A stretch of 62,217 bases of DNA, filler included, from Porpidia crustulata (taxonomy: Eukaryota): assembly GCA_964255105.1 (NCBI GenBank). It is 8 parts of 8 records of this genome, joined end to end, with 100 filler letters (N's around TTAATTAATTAA, not from the genome) between each part and the next. Parts side by side here need not be neighbours in the genome. Positions count along the whole stretch, not along the records: positions 7,799 to 15,495 come from CAXUWE010001256.1; positions 15,596 to 23,287 come from CAXUWE010001257.1; positions 23,388 to 31,077 come from CAXUWE010001258.1; 5 more parts are not named here. One strand, 5' to 3'. This document shows, in pieces, positions 12,255 to 24,997 of this stretch; positions within the stretch are counted from its first letter, which is position 1, and the number at the start of each line of letters is the position of its first letter. The notes beneath the pieces are model-generated. The model saw only the letters and a list, made by a program, of their open reading frames with translations, made no database searches and was not told where the DNA came from. Both the position numbers and the translations under genes were made by a program.

Positions 12255-12959
12255 TTGGTGAGCCAAGTTTTCGATCTCTTAACTTCTCTACAACCTAGGC
12301 GTCTAATCTTTGGCTTATGTGCGTCCGAAGCAACATCTCGGAAGACACCACCTCCTCAACGACGTTGGACTACCCAAGACTCCAACCGCGCTCTCTTCAC
12401 CGTTCTTTCCATTAACACTCCAAATAAGCCGGCCCTCCCACCTGAATTAATCCTTGAGATCCTATCTCACCCATCTCGATGGCTTCTCACAGCCTATGTC
12501 CAACTCCCCGCTATGGTCTGCATATCAAGTGAAGAAGCTGAGCGGGATGTTGTGTGCACTCCCCCAATTTCTGCGCGGCGATTGCCTTTGGTCCAACGTC
12601 TCGTTCTTACATTTCGTAGTAAAGATCAAGGCTGGAGCTCCTATCCCGCGGACTACGGCTCTTATAGGAATTCCTGGACTTGGTTTGAAGCAGGGCTAAG
12701 GAAGCATGTAGGGGGCGAAGAGTCAGTGGTGAGTACTGATAGAGAGCGGCCCAGGCAGCGTCTGCAGTGCAACAGGCACGCTGGGACGGAAGCTGAGGAT
12801 TATCGATTTGTCTTTGAAAGAGATCATCCACTTTTGAAGTGTATGAGAGTGGGCGATGAGGTGGTGCTCTGGGCTATGGCAAAGTTTGGAGGCTGGCGGA
12901 ATTTCGTGCAGGAAGCGGCCATTCAGGTATGGTCTTTGGACGATTTGGGTGATGTTTGA
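12255..12959 (+). CDS. Hypothetical fungal protein with an F-box-like motif followed by a Trp-rich domain; 5' end uncertain
   Basis: 234-aa ORF containing LPPELILEIL, SKDQGWSSY...SWTWFEAG, LQCNRHA and GDEVVLWAMAKFGGWRNFV. The pattern resembles uncharacterised fungal proteins. The start codon could not be resolved. Confidence 0.7.
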   Translation: MVSQVFDLLTSLQPRRLIFGLCASEATSRKTPPPQRRWTTQDSNRALFTVLSINTPNKPALPPELILEILSHPSRWLLTAYVQLPAMVCISSEEAERDVVCTPPISARRLPLVQRLVLTFRSKDQGWSSYPADYGSYRNSWTWFEAGLRKHVGGEESVVSTDRERPRQRLQCNRHAGTEAEDYRFVFERDHPLLKCMRVGDEVVLWAMAKFGGWRNFVQEAAIQVWSLDDLGDV

Positions 12960-15495
12960 TCAGCTTCTTTTCCATATCACTACATCTCGCTTTAGCCAAC
13001 AACCGACATTGGATTAGAACCATTGAGGGCTCAAGAATCTAGACAAATCCGCCAACAAAACTCTTGTACGATCATGCTCAGTCACAGATTATATGGTAAT
13101 GTTGAAGCAAGAAGGTTAAGCTACCACAGAGTAACCCGAAACAAAGAGTTTGGAAAAGTGGATTATGAATAAATCGTGGATTCTGGTCTCCTCTCAACAG
13201 AATCCTTAAGACGGAAGGTCTTGGAGGCAAATTCCAAAAGATTAGATCACTACACACGGCAAAATGCCAAAGGTAAATTTCGTCAAGTACGTTGACTGGG
13301 TCTGATTGTCGACTTCTACCATGATCGCGGCCTTGCAATGTGCTACTGACAATTATCTCACTTAGTTTGATATGCGTTTTGCAACTTATATGGAACGATA
13401 TTCCACAACGATGGCAGTATCACGTACCCAGCTTCACGACCAAGACCCTCAACCACGAGCCTACGACCCTAATGTTCTCCACGCACTACAGAGCAAGAAA
13501 GCGAGGGCGTGGAAGCTGAATGGCTGTACAGCCAGTCAGCATAAAAGAATACGTAAGTGGCACATCATATTGGTTACACACCATCTCGCGATTCACAGTC
13601 CATGGATCTAGCCACATGTTCTCAATCTGTTGGAGCTTCCTCGCGGATATTTGCCTAGGAGCGCCAAGAGCTTGCCCACCAATCTTCTCAGGTCCCCCGT
13701 CAGGTCATAGAAGAAATAAGGACTTGCTGCGTGCTTTCCAACCTGCATCATGGATTAATATATTCAAGATGCAAGGGTTTCGAGATGCTACGACGATACA
13801 CGTCGACAGTGCCAATAATGCGCAGCACTTCTGACCAGCAGCCTTACCAGTGACATTTGAGTATCTCAGGATTTGACTTCTTCCAACTGCGCAATTGCGT
13901 CGATGTTGTGGAAACTGAGCAGTAGTGGCCAGGACTGGCGCACCACTCATCTACCATACAGCATGTGGATCAAGGAAGGAAACCCGTGGACGACCGATTG
14001 ATGTGCTTTGACTGTCATTGCCACCATTCAGCACAATGCAGATCGAAAGATTGTGAGTCTACGACATCTCATGCGTTGTATACGTTGCTTTTTGTTAGCC
14101 CATCTGAATTGAGACGTCCTAACCCAAATCTCAAGCTTTAGTTTCTAAATTCTACGACTCCTACCATGGTGAAGAAGTTGATGCAAGGTAATTTGCTCTA
14201 AAGGCGGCTTTTATTCGATGGTGAAAAGCACAAATTGCCGGATGATCGTTGATTCCTGACGAATGAAGCTATCTATCAGCAGTATCAATGATAAGGAAAG
14301 ACGATGTTGGTTAATCCAGACGCAGATCTTCGGCTGGACGTTCGCATACTCGAAATTTGTCATTATGCGCGCCAAGGATTCCTTTCGAACTTCGTCTCAG
14401 GAACTAGGAGAACCTATCAAACAACCCGGGGAATTGTTAGAGCCGAAAAAGCGGAGGGAAAACATGGGGGTCCCGCAACCTTCATTGGAGGCTGCACTGT
14501 TTTGCGACACATTAGCGCAATTTCATATATCATCAAAAATCCAATGCTTTCATATCGCCATCTGCAGATTTCTAAAAGACGCGCAAGCTAAGGGTGCAGT
14601 AATCCTCTCAAAACCGTTCCGGAACTGGCATGATTAGAGCGTTCTCGATCGACACAAACCCACCTCGTTCTTTCACTTCTCCCAAACCGAGATTAGCCAA
14701 ATTGCCCAAAAAGTCTTCAACAACAACCATCCAACTACATCCGGTATCCCACATATGTACTTAAAAAACCGTCCAGTGAATTTCGATATAATGGTCATCC
14801 ACAAGGACAGCATGCGACCGCTAGTTCCTGACGCGTGGGATGGCTTCAATAATTGCGCTATCTGAACCAAAGCTTACTGCTGCAAGCCCCTCTTCATGCC
14901 AGATACTGCAGCTCAAAGCAGCTCCTCCCACTCCCATCAAGCTTCATCTCCAACATTCCATGATAGATGTCTCTTTCGTTTCCGTGCCTTTGATGCATAA
15001 GCCGGTATTGCATGGATGACAGAAACTAAGGATTTGGAATTCTATGTAATCCTGGAAGCGCGGGATATGAATCGCATGATCTGAAATGCTTTCACGGTCG
15101 TGGCAAGCCGTGACTCGGGCAAGCCGGTGGACGGTCATTGCGAAGTCACTTGAGTTGCGTGGAATGTTTCGCTGGGATCTATGTGGCAGATTTGTTACTG
15201 TGCTCGGTATTTCTTCACCATCTACTCGTAAATTACTCATCTTTTTTTTGGGGGGGGGTTGATTTGCGACGTCGAAATAGATATCTTCTTTGTAAAATCG
15301 ATCAAATCAAACTCCCATTAAATCTTCAATCTTAATCCACCACTCGTTCCAAAAAATCAACCTCCGAAATCCATCCTTCCTCTTCCCCCCCTTTTCTCCC
15401 CTTCCATCCCAAGCAAATCCTGACACGCCAGCGGTCCCCCGGTGCTGGATTACGATGGTTTCGATCTTTTAGACGGGGGATAGATTGATGAGGAA

Positions 15496-15595
15496 NNNNN
15501 NNNNNNNNNNNNNNNNNNNNNNNNNNNNNNNNNNNNNNNTTAATTAATTAANNNNNNNNNNNNNNNNNNNNNNNNNNNNNNNNNNNNNNNNNNNN
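15496..15595. other. Artificial contig-joining spacer
   Basis: 44 N + TTAATTAATTAA + 44 N. Confidence 0.98.
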
Positions 15596-16997
15596 CATTT
15601 GGGATTGTGGGGGGATTGTGGGGGTGGGAGGTGGAAGATGTGGTTTTGTTTGAAAAAAGATCACGGATCGTTTTGGAAAGTATTGTGGTGTTTGATCTTG
15701 GTGTTTGTTGGAAGATCAGGTAAGGTAGCCTCCTAGGACTAGCATACAGCCTACCCGGCACCGAATTCTGCCCTCGTTCATCATCGAGTTCATTAAATCA
15801 TCCTTCTACACCGTTATCCTTAATTCCTTAGCAACAGTCTCCTGCTTATTGCCATCTTCACAACAGTCTGTGACGCCCCAGTCAGCAATTTTTCTGAACC
15901 TTGCTTGCAATCAAGATGGTTGGATACGGGGGACACCACTACAGCCATTGCCATCTCAGGCTCAAGGCACAGCGTAGGAACGACATGTTCCACGACGTGT
16001 TGGTCGATTTATCAGGTTTCGAATTGTCGATGATATGCCGTTGGAGGACATTGCACAGTACGTATGCAGACATCGGCCTAATTAATGTACGGTTTAGGCT
16101 GCTGGGGCACTAGAATCTCCAACAATACCCAGGCCATTAGACGTCAGCTCGGCAACATCTGGGTTCTGCGACGTCAATGTAATGTGCGGTTTCTTGGACA
16201 CAGGATGGTAATCCGGCAATGTTGTATATCAAAAATTTATCAACGTCGATCTCCATAGCAAAATATCTCTTCACAGCGTCAACCTTGTCCAAGGCTTAGA
16301 GCAAGGTTTGCAATCACTGCTGACGGTGGGATGTGTCTGGCACTGCTCAAAATTGTGTGAACGATTCAGTGGAAGGCATGTATTCATAAGATAGAATTTT
16401 GAACGTTATACCCCTTTCTCCCACAGTCGCGAACGAATCCTCACTGCTCATTTCCGTCGTTTACGTCAAAGACAGGTAGAACCTCCATACTATCCTACCC
16501 GCGTTGGCCTTGCAAAATTCGCCAAGTCAGTTTTGGTTCAGCATCGGCAATTCAATAGTGTTTCTTGGCTCAAAGTAGTTCCGCCGACGATGAATTGTTT
16601 TGATATGTGACACAGAGAAGGTGTATTCAGCCATGGAAATCGATGGCTACCATCCAGTTTCAAGGGTGTTTTTGACTCAATATAAACGGAACAAGTTACA
16701 TACATAACACTCAACCAGATCTTGAATTAAATACTCTATATTTTCCGAAAATTGAGCAACTACCTTATTGACACCTGTTCATTCATTTCAATTGAAATAA
16801 TTTCCAGGGTTCTTGCTTTAAAACCAGATGTGATACATGAACTTTGCGACCCGGGGAACTTGACAGAGAAAAGGATTTGAGGTCGATATGAAGAATCTGC
16901 TTAGTTGAAGTACTGAGATGGACTTTTTAATTTTCAGTAGGCCAGTATTCTTCGTAGGGGGCTCACGATAACTCATGTCGAGGCGCGTTGGGTTGGG

Positions 16998-17798
16998 TTA
17001 GTTCAAAATGGGTAAATCAAACTCCGCAGGCTCATCCATCTCGGGCTTATATGGTGACGGATCTCCCATCTTCTCGCTCTGCGAGTGAACGAGAGCCCAC
17101 TTTTCTTTTTGGTTCTTCTTCCAGAAGACGAACAGCGCAAAACATGCGATGAAGAGGGTGGCCACGGCCAAAGGCACACCGACTTCAATTCCCGTCCTCG
17201 AGTTGCCGGGTTGGTTTGCGGGCTGCGGTGATGCTGAGCTTGTTGGCGCTATGGTATAACTTTGCGACGGTGTTGGCGCGGCGGAGCTGCTGGGACTTGA
17301 GGGAGAGGAGCTAGACAGGAGTGTCACGGTCGACAATATCGAGGTTATGGCCGTTCCTGACTGTTTCGACGTACTGATCATGGAGATTGGATACGGCTCG
17401 AGCGAGGTGGTCAGATTGGTGTTGCAGCAATTCGGGCCGCCCAAGCCTTGTCCCGATGCGCCAGCACAGCACCAGCTGTTACCATTAGGATCGCAACGGG
17501 TCACTTCGGTGAACCCGTCGAATTGAGATTTTCAACCCATTATTTTCAAGCCTGGTAGCCGCGGGGAGCGCTCGCGGAAAGGAGATGTCCACAAACCTTG
17601 ACTGCAGAATGACAGGCAATTTTTGAAAGTCGGGTCTGTGCATGTGCCCTGTGAGTAAGCGGTGAACCCGTGCTTTTGGCAGAGCCCGTTGGATAAGCAG
17701 TCCCAATTCTGGCCGCAGCAGGAGGATGAAGATGAGCCGCAGGGAACGTCGCTTGATACCGTTCCGCCTTCCTTATAGCAAGCGGTGTTATTGCTCAT
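16998..17798 (-). CDS. Cys-rich, Ser/Thr-rich single-pass membrane protein (Mid2/Wsc-like architecture), at least 2 exons
   Basis: The first exon reads CY...PC...CCGQNWDCLSNGLC...GTCTDPTFKNCLSFC. The second reads TRCDPNGNSWCCAG...CC, then a Ser/Thr/Pro stalk, a transmembrane segment IEVGVPLAVATLFIACFALFVFW and a basic KKNQK stop-transfer. Both ends are approximate. Confidence 0.72.
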
Positions 17799-18621
17799 GT
17801 CTGCTATGTGAGACGAAGAAACGAAGAAAATGTTGTCTAGAAAATCGGGTTCTGACAAGGACTGGCCTCGATTCAGCCTCCATTAGGAGCATTGCGGCAA
17901 ATCTATTAGATATCTTTCAGGGGCTACGGCGGGACTGTCAGCGTTTGAACAATGTCCTAGCGCCAAGGACGTTGACCGGGCTGTATGTGTTTCGGCATCA
18001 AATGAGAGTTCTTCTGTATGACGCCAAATCCAATAGGGTGTCCTGTGAAAGAGACTGGCAGAACGATCTCATCGGGTGGCTTTTCTTCCAGATAGCCGTT
18101 TGGATAAATCTCGATAACGAAATACAGATGCTCATAATAACAACAGTATGGTTTTAAAACCACGATTCGTAGAATATCTGGATGAAACTTTATGGAATAT
18201 GCGTATGAAGATAGATGACTGGCTTCTGGCAGATTTCATAGAAACCTCGATGTCATATATCCAAAGACTCCTCGCATTGCGTAAGATCATCTTATCATTG
18301 GCTTCATCATGATCATGATGATTGGAGAATACTATACCACGTAGCTGAGGGCAAGCGGTACTCTGAACAGCCCTCTACTCATCATTTTGAGATATGGTAC
18401 TGTTGTCTAAAGGAACTGATGGCACGGTGGGAAGATCGCCTGGAATGCGCCAAGACCAGGCGCCTTCTCACGTGCGCACAGTTACCATCCAAGCATCCAC
18501 AAGGCTGACCATGTAATACCATGTCCAAGTCCGCAATCGTAACTTACCCGACATACTGTGGATCTAGAATTCAATTGATCTGTGAAGCTCGTCAAAACTG
18601 TGTACAGTCCGATTGCAAGTC

Positions 18622-21600
18622 ATGGCAGATGTACTGGGAGCGGTTGCCAGTGTCGCGACTCTGCTTGAGTGCGCAGTCAAGATATCCGGGTATCTGGGAG
18701 CTATCAAGGACAGGCACAAGGATCGAGAGAGAATACAGCAGGAGCTATCTAACATCACTGGCATACTCTTCATCTTGAAGAACCAAGCCACCTCGTCGCA
18801 AGATGACCCGGAAAGTTTACAGACGCTAAAGATGCTCAATACTCCACATGGCCTCTTGGATCAATTGAAGATTCTGATGGCTCTTTTGGAGAAGAAGGTG
18901 GCACCTGCGCAGGGTCTCAAAGTAATTGCATGGCCGTTGCGCAAGGAAGAAGCCAAGGACATCCTTAGTGCTTTGGGAAGGCAGCAAATTCTGCTGAATC
19001 TTGCGTTACAGAAGGATCATATGTACGTATGGCAGCTGAGCGATAATGATGGCCCGCTAATGTCTGTCTAGACAGCTTTCTCAAGCAATCAAGTCTGATA
19101 TTGCAGGGGTCAGTAAGCAGGTTACAGATATTGGTGACAAGCTTTCTGAGATCTCAATAGGTGAAGCTTCACCCCCTGCGCTACAGCAGGAGACCGCTTA
19201 CGTAGCTCAGATCGGCGGGCTCAAGAGACGACTCGGCAGACCGAGCACGAAGCTCAAAGAAGGCAAGCGATCCTTGACTGGCTTTCACCTCTCAACTTCC
19301 AGACCCGGCAAAATGATGTATTTGCGAAGAGCCAGACAGGCTCTGGTCAATGGTTCTTAGATTGCGCCCAATTCAATACTTGGATCCAGCCTGCTGGCGC
19401 CGTACTTCACTGCCAAGGTATTCCGGGCGCAGGCAAGACTTATCTTGCCTCCAGGATTGTCCAGCACCTCAGGGACCGCTTACGTCATGACACCGCTGCA
19501 GTAGCCTGCGTCTATTGCGATTACCGAGAATCTCAAGTCCAGACGATTGAGTCTATAGTGGGCAGCATTCTTGAACAATTCGTGCGGAGGCTGGATTCAA
19601 TTCCACCGAACCTTGTCGCTTTATACGAACAGCATGCGAGCAACAAGACTAGGCCTAGCTTAGATGAGCTGCAAACAACATTTCACGAGATCTTTAAGCA
19701 TGGTATAAGAACATACCTGATCATCGATGCGCTCGATGAATATCACGAATCTTTGACAATCATCAATATGCTGGATAGGCTACAACATTGCGGTACCAAC
19801 CTGCTGATAACATCAAGACACAACATCTCGATAGATAATCGCCTCCGCGAGGTAGTACACGTGGATGTCCGTGCGCACGAGGATGACTTAGTGCAGTACG
19901 TAAAATATCGGTTACCTAGCTTGCAGTGTATTCAAAGCAGGCCTGACATTCAAGCAATTGTCACCGACGAAATCGTCAAGGCATCGGACGGAATGTGAGC
20001 TACTCCCAACATTCAGCTATGCATGCTTACAGTTTTCTTAGGTTTCTCCTGGCTCGGCTTCATTTCGATTCTCTGCTTGACAGGGCCAGCCCAAAGGCTA
20101 TCAAAACCGCTGTCAAAGAAATGCCGAAAGGTCTCCAGACTTTACCACAGGTGTACGACGGAGTGATGGCTCGAATCCAAGACCAGACCGACTATTCGCG
20201 TAATCAGGCTTTGACGGTGTTGGCCTGGCTCTTTTTCGCTAGGGCTACGTTGAGCCCTCTAGAACTCCAACATGCGTTAGCTATTGAGCCTCATGCTGAC
20301 GTGTTTGACGAAGACAACATTTCCGACATAGAAAGCTTAATTTCAGTCTGCAAAGGCCTTGTGTCTGTCGATCAGGAGAGCGAGGTAGTCCGTCTTTCGC
20401 ATTACACAATCCAAGGGTACTTTGAGCAATCAAGCAGACCGTATCTGGAGCATGGAGAGAAAATGATAGCAACCGCATGCTTGAGATATTTATCCTATGA
20501 AAATCTAGCATCCACATCTACTAGGACAGATGAATGTACAAACCTCGAAGATGATGTGGCAGATGCTAGGAGTGACTCAAACCCGTCCCAAACTTCCCAA
20601 TCGATGCCTCTGTTCTGGTATGCTGCCGAGCACTGGGGTCATCACGCCGTCGCCGTACAGAATGACATCCAAGATCTCACACTCACGTTCCTTTCCATGA
20701 CAGGCCCTCTAAACGAGACTATTGCATACGTTGAAGTCTGCTTTTCAGGAGATACCATGGTGGATCTCGGCAATCCACGGCCAGCCATCCAGGGTATCCA
20801 CCTTTGTGCTCACTTTGATCTGAATTCCTGTTTTTCTACGCTCCTAGGAAATGGCGTAGATCCTAATGTTAAGGACAAGGTTGGTCGAACGCCGTTCTAC
20901 TGGGCAATTGAATCCCCGAGCATACGTATCATCCGCTTGCTTCTGGAATTACCAGGTACCGATCTGAATGCGGGACCGGAGGGCGACTGGGGACGACACT
21001 CTCCAATTGCCGTCGCTGCTGATTTTGGGCACACGGACGTTATGGAGCTACTCATAGATCGAGACGATATTGCGGTCAACACAGAAAATTACTTGGGGCA
21101 GACCCCACTATTCATGGCGGCTAGTAATGGCAATACTAATATCGTACGGATGCTACTCAGCCGGCAGGATATCCAACCTAACGTAAAAGACCATTGCGGA
21201 AAGACAGCGCTAGCAATTGCGGCTGTAAAGGGTCACGAATTAGTTGTTCATCTACTTTTGGAAAGAAATGATATCGATGTCAATATTCAAGACGTTAATG
21301 GCCGAACACCGATAGTGTGGGCGGCCGAAGGTGACCGCCATGCCCACAATACCATCCTACAATCATTGCTGAAAAGGGAGGATACTAACGTAGGCCTCGG
21401 TGATGGTATCGCGACGCTGCTGACCATCGCAGCAAGAAACGACCAGAAGCCTATGATGCAATTGCTGCTCCAACGTGAAGATATTGCAATCAATGCGATC
21501 GACTATCAAGGTAAAACAGCACTGATGCACGCAGTCACGAACAACAATGAAACTATAGTGGAGATGCTGCTAGCACGCGATGATATCAATACTCGAGTGC

Positions 21601-22112
21601 GGAGTCCGCTTGGCCAAACAGCTCTTGATTACACGACTGCCCAGACAAGCCGACATATCATCTCGCTACTGACGTCAGCAAAAGACTATGAACCTAGAAC
21701 CGGGGGCGCTTTGCGCTTTGCAGAACTACGTCTTGACAAACTCTCTACAAGGGCCCAGATGGTCGTAACAATGTTATCACGAAGGGATATAGATCCCAAC
21801 GCCCAAATGAATAGTGGTGCAACAGCACTGCACGCTGCTGCTTGTGCTGGAGATCTAGAGATGGTGGAGTTACTATTAATGCGCGAGGATCTGGATCCTA
21901 ATATAAGAGATAACATTGGTCGAACCCCGTTGAGCCTTGCGGCGGAAAATGGGCACGAGGCCGTACTACGCATCCTATTGTCACGAGAAGATACCAATCT
22001 AGCATTGGAAGATTACGAGGGTCGCAATGCGATCAGCTACGCAGCTGCAAATGGACATGATGCAGTCCTAAGGTTACTCTCCTCGCGGAATGATGTTGAC
22101 CGTAATGTATGA
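18622..22112 (+). CDS. Fungal NLR-like STAND protein: HeLo-like/SesA-type N-terminus, NACHT, winged helix, ankyrin repeats
   Basis: Exons ~18622-19022, 19072-19160, 19211-19994 and 20042-22112 splice in frame. Motifs ILDWLSPLNF..Q, GSGQWFL, Walker A GIPGAGKT, Walker B LIIDALDE, GMFLLARLH and VRLSHYTIQGYF. About 10-11 ankyrin repeats (GRTPF, GQTPLFMAA, GKTALAIAA, GATALHAAA, GRTPLSLAAENGH). Confidence 0.92.
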
Positions 22113-23133
22113 GAATAGCTATAATAGAGCGTAGTTAAGGCGTCGCTGAACAAGGGCATGGCAATGACGCTCAGTTGACTACCTACACAATATATTGCAG
22201 GGGTACCGAAAATTCGTACGTCACCTGTACGTCCAAGACAGCAGATGAAGGGTTTGCTTCTGACTTGCATGCTTTCAGTGCGTCTGCCAGACATCGATTC
22301 GGAGCAGTGTGTATAATCATCGTAGCCCTGGAGCTTGGTTCCGTTCAAAGCCTTCCGACTCAGATAATTTGTGCACCCTGGCTCTATGGCAAGTCCTTTG
22401 GAAAAGCATGGACCTAGGGAGTCTGCAGGACAGAGTGAAAATGAAAGGTGACAAAAAGTGAATTCTTGGAGTGCAAGAGCAATTGTGGTGGCCATTACGG
22501 CGCAATCATCGATCTCTGGCAGCATGATTAACTGCCTATGGATCGTCCCACTGCAATGACAACGATTTAGAAGCAGGCTTGAGGTCCAGCCGTTGAAAAA
22601 ACTTAGATCGGAGAGTCTACATTGGAAAGGGTTGTACTGCTAACCCGACTATATAGCTGCTTAACTAGATGGTGACGTTTTGATGAGAGTCCGAAATACT
22701 TGGGAATGGAGGAATATATGCACACCACCTAATGTACACGCAAGTCATTCGACGAAAAGGAAAGACGAAAAAGATTAATTAAGCGTCGATGAACTATATA
22801 ACGATCGCTCGAGAAATACGACATGAATCGTATTTAAAATCGTCGCAATGACATTTCTTTACTTGTTGAAACGATAGGCAGTCGCTAATTCCCATGGACA
22901 ATAACTCAGGTGCTTAAGTGAACTCTCACACTTAATATGTTCGTTTGTCAAGAGGTATTATAGATATTTTGAAGCCCAAGGATCATAATCGTCCCTGGGC
23001 ATTAAATTCTATCTGTTCATTTATCTGTCAATTCGCTCTATTCATCTATCTTAGTTATCTATTTCCTTCATCTAGATAATTTACATAAACAACTACCAAA
23101 AAAATCTCCGCGCCTTTCGACCCCTACCTTATT

Positions 23134-23218
23134 CCCAAACTCCAAACCGAATTCCAAACTCCAGACTCCAAACTCCAACCCAACCGAAATCCAACCCAAA
23201 CTCCAAACTCAAACTCCC
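23134..23218 (+). repeat. Degenerate (CCAAACT)n heptamer tandem repeat / low-complexity tract
   Basis: ccaaactccaaaccgaattccaaactccagactccaaactccaacc...caaactccaaactcaaactcc. Confidence 0.7.
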
Positions 23219-23287
23219 ATCTCTCATCTCAAATGTAACGGTTGTTCTAATAACAACACAAGATATAAACAGAGATGCAAATGAGTA

Positions 23288-23387
23288 NNNNNNNNNNNNN
23301 NNNNNNNNNNNNNNNNNNNNNNNNNNNNNNNTTAATTAATTAANNNNNNNNNNNNNNNNNNNNNNNNNNNNNNNNNNNNNNNNNNNN
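23288..23387. other. Artificial contig-joining spacer
   Basis: 44 N + TTAATTAATTAA + 44 N. Confidence 0.98.
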
Positions 23388-24997
23388 ATCAAAAAACCCC
23401 TTGAAAAGCTTCACCCCCAGCCCCGGATCCAAACTGCCCGTCGTCGCTCTGATCGAATGCATCGAAAGCTGCGGCAGCCCGCAGTCGATCGCTCTCATCC
23501 CCATTGCCGACGACAGCATCGGTCCCACGGTCCCGCCGGATCGGGAATCATTCCGGATCTGGAAGACTTGCAGCTTGGAATCGCATTTGTCGGCGACGCG
23601 CTGCAGGAACGCTGTGCTGACGCTGTCCGTGGTCGTGTGCCCGTTCGGGTCCGCTTGGATTGCGATGCCGACGTTGAGGCGGGGGGAGTGGTTTTCGAGG
23701 TAGGCGTTTAGGAAGTTTGGGTTTACGGCGTGTGAAACGTCGGCGGAGACGAGGAAGCTGTTTGCGTATGTCTGGGCGAGGGTGTTGGCGCCGCATTTGT
23801 CGCTTGCGAAGGCTTCGCAGACACGTTCTATTGTGCTTGGTAATAGGTTTCCACGTGCGCCTTGACGGAGCTGAGAGCCGATCTCCTCATCGTCAAAAAG
23901 ACCAACGATCTTGATGATACTATTTGCGCCGTCTGAGTTGCCGGCTTCTAGGGCCTCTGATGTAGCTGAAGATGACGCGATCAGAGCTTCAATTGCAGAG
24001 TATGAGCAGAGCTTGTCGTCGATGCGCCCAGCGAAGATGAACTCCTTGTCAAGACCTCCAAGTTGTGCTTCTTGTACGTCGAACAGTTCGAGTTCCCAAT
24101 TGATGATCGTGGCATCTATTGAAAGTTAAGGTGACTCCTCTCAGGAATAACGATTTCAGTCTTACAATCCTGAATATTTAATTCCCCTGCAATAGCTCTG
24201 ACTAATCGTTCAGGCTGCGTAGCGGTAAACGCTCCTGCTCCTCCTAACACGCTCGAGGCTGATTCTGCATCCCTTGGCTCCCCAGTTATATCTGTATTAT
24301 CTAGACCGATGATCGGTACCATTTGAGTCTCTTGATTAGGATGTGATATATCTGCCGCTGCACCAAAGTGGGGCGCCAGAGTGGGTATTCTCGCAATAGG
24401 CCACCCTAGTCTCACCAGTTGTGTTTGAATCTTCCCGGTTTTATTGTCCTTGATCAGGACTCGTCCTGCGATACCCAAGTCTCGATCCCACCAGGTGCTG
24501 TTCAACGCCCCAGCATAAGGCGCGACTCCCAGCTGAATGTAGCCGGCTTTCGTGGATAACTTCGGAATAGGCTTTAATCGTGTTGTGAGGGCATCCACAT
24601 GGCTGGCAATAATGCTGGCCCCATTGCCAGATCTGTAGTCATTTCCAACAACAAAAGCAATGAGAGAACTACCATTGCGCTCAAAGAAATATCTGCCACC
24701 TTTCGAGAGCTTGCCAGTCCAGGACTCCCGCTCTGATAACTTTGTGAAGCCTCGGCCTTGAAGTCGTTTCGCGAAATGAGCAACAGCGTGGAATACGGTG
24801 GGGTTACTGGAGATGAATTGCAGGAAAGGGCCAGTGTATGCCTTGACATCGACCTCGGATAGTCCGAGTTGCTTAGGCTTCTCTTCCGGATTGCGGCTTG
24901 CGCAGGTCAAACCTGGACTGATGGCTGTACTACCGATTTGGGGTGCTGCCATGTAAGTTTCTTGGGAAAGCCCTTTGTTTATGCTGTTTCTCGTCAT
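23388..24997 (-). CDS. APE1: M18-family vacuolar aminopeptidase (Ape1/Lap4-like), 2 exons; last codons lost at the contig end
   Basis: Motifs NPTVFHAV, ASHVDAL, WWDRDLGIAGRV, IARIPTLAPHFG, FAGRIDDKLCS, FDDEEIGS, SADVSHAVNPNF and GGTVGPMLS...QLSMHSIR. An N-terminal propeptide-like extension is present. Confidence 0.9.

Noticed and set aside
12960..15495. Short ORFs in a 2.5-kb gene-poor stretch
   Set aside because: No recognisable domains or consistent exon chain were found; a decayed gene or ncRNA cannot be excluded without searches.
16100..16300. Possible degenerate ankyrin pseudogene on the minus strand (DKVDAVKRYFAMEIDVDK..., NPDVAELTSNG)
   Set aside because: The resemblance is weak and split across frames; it needs tBLASTn or HMM support.
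17800..19200. Amyloid signalling motif or NLR-effector pair of the HET-s/NWD2 type
   Set aside because: The NLR carries its own helical N-terminal domain, and I saw no G/N/Q-rich pseudo-repeat motif or adjacent effector gene.
2252..22112. Apparent genome-defence cluster (Dicer, AlkB, JmjC, NLR)
   Set aside because: The genes lie on three different contigs joined by artificial spacers in length order.
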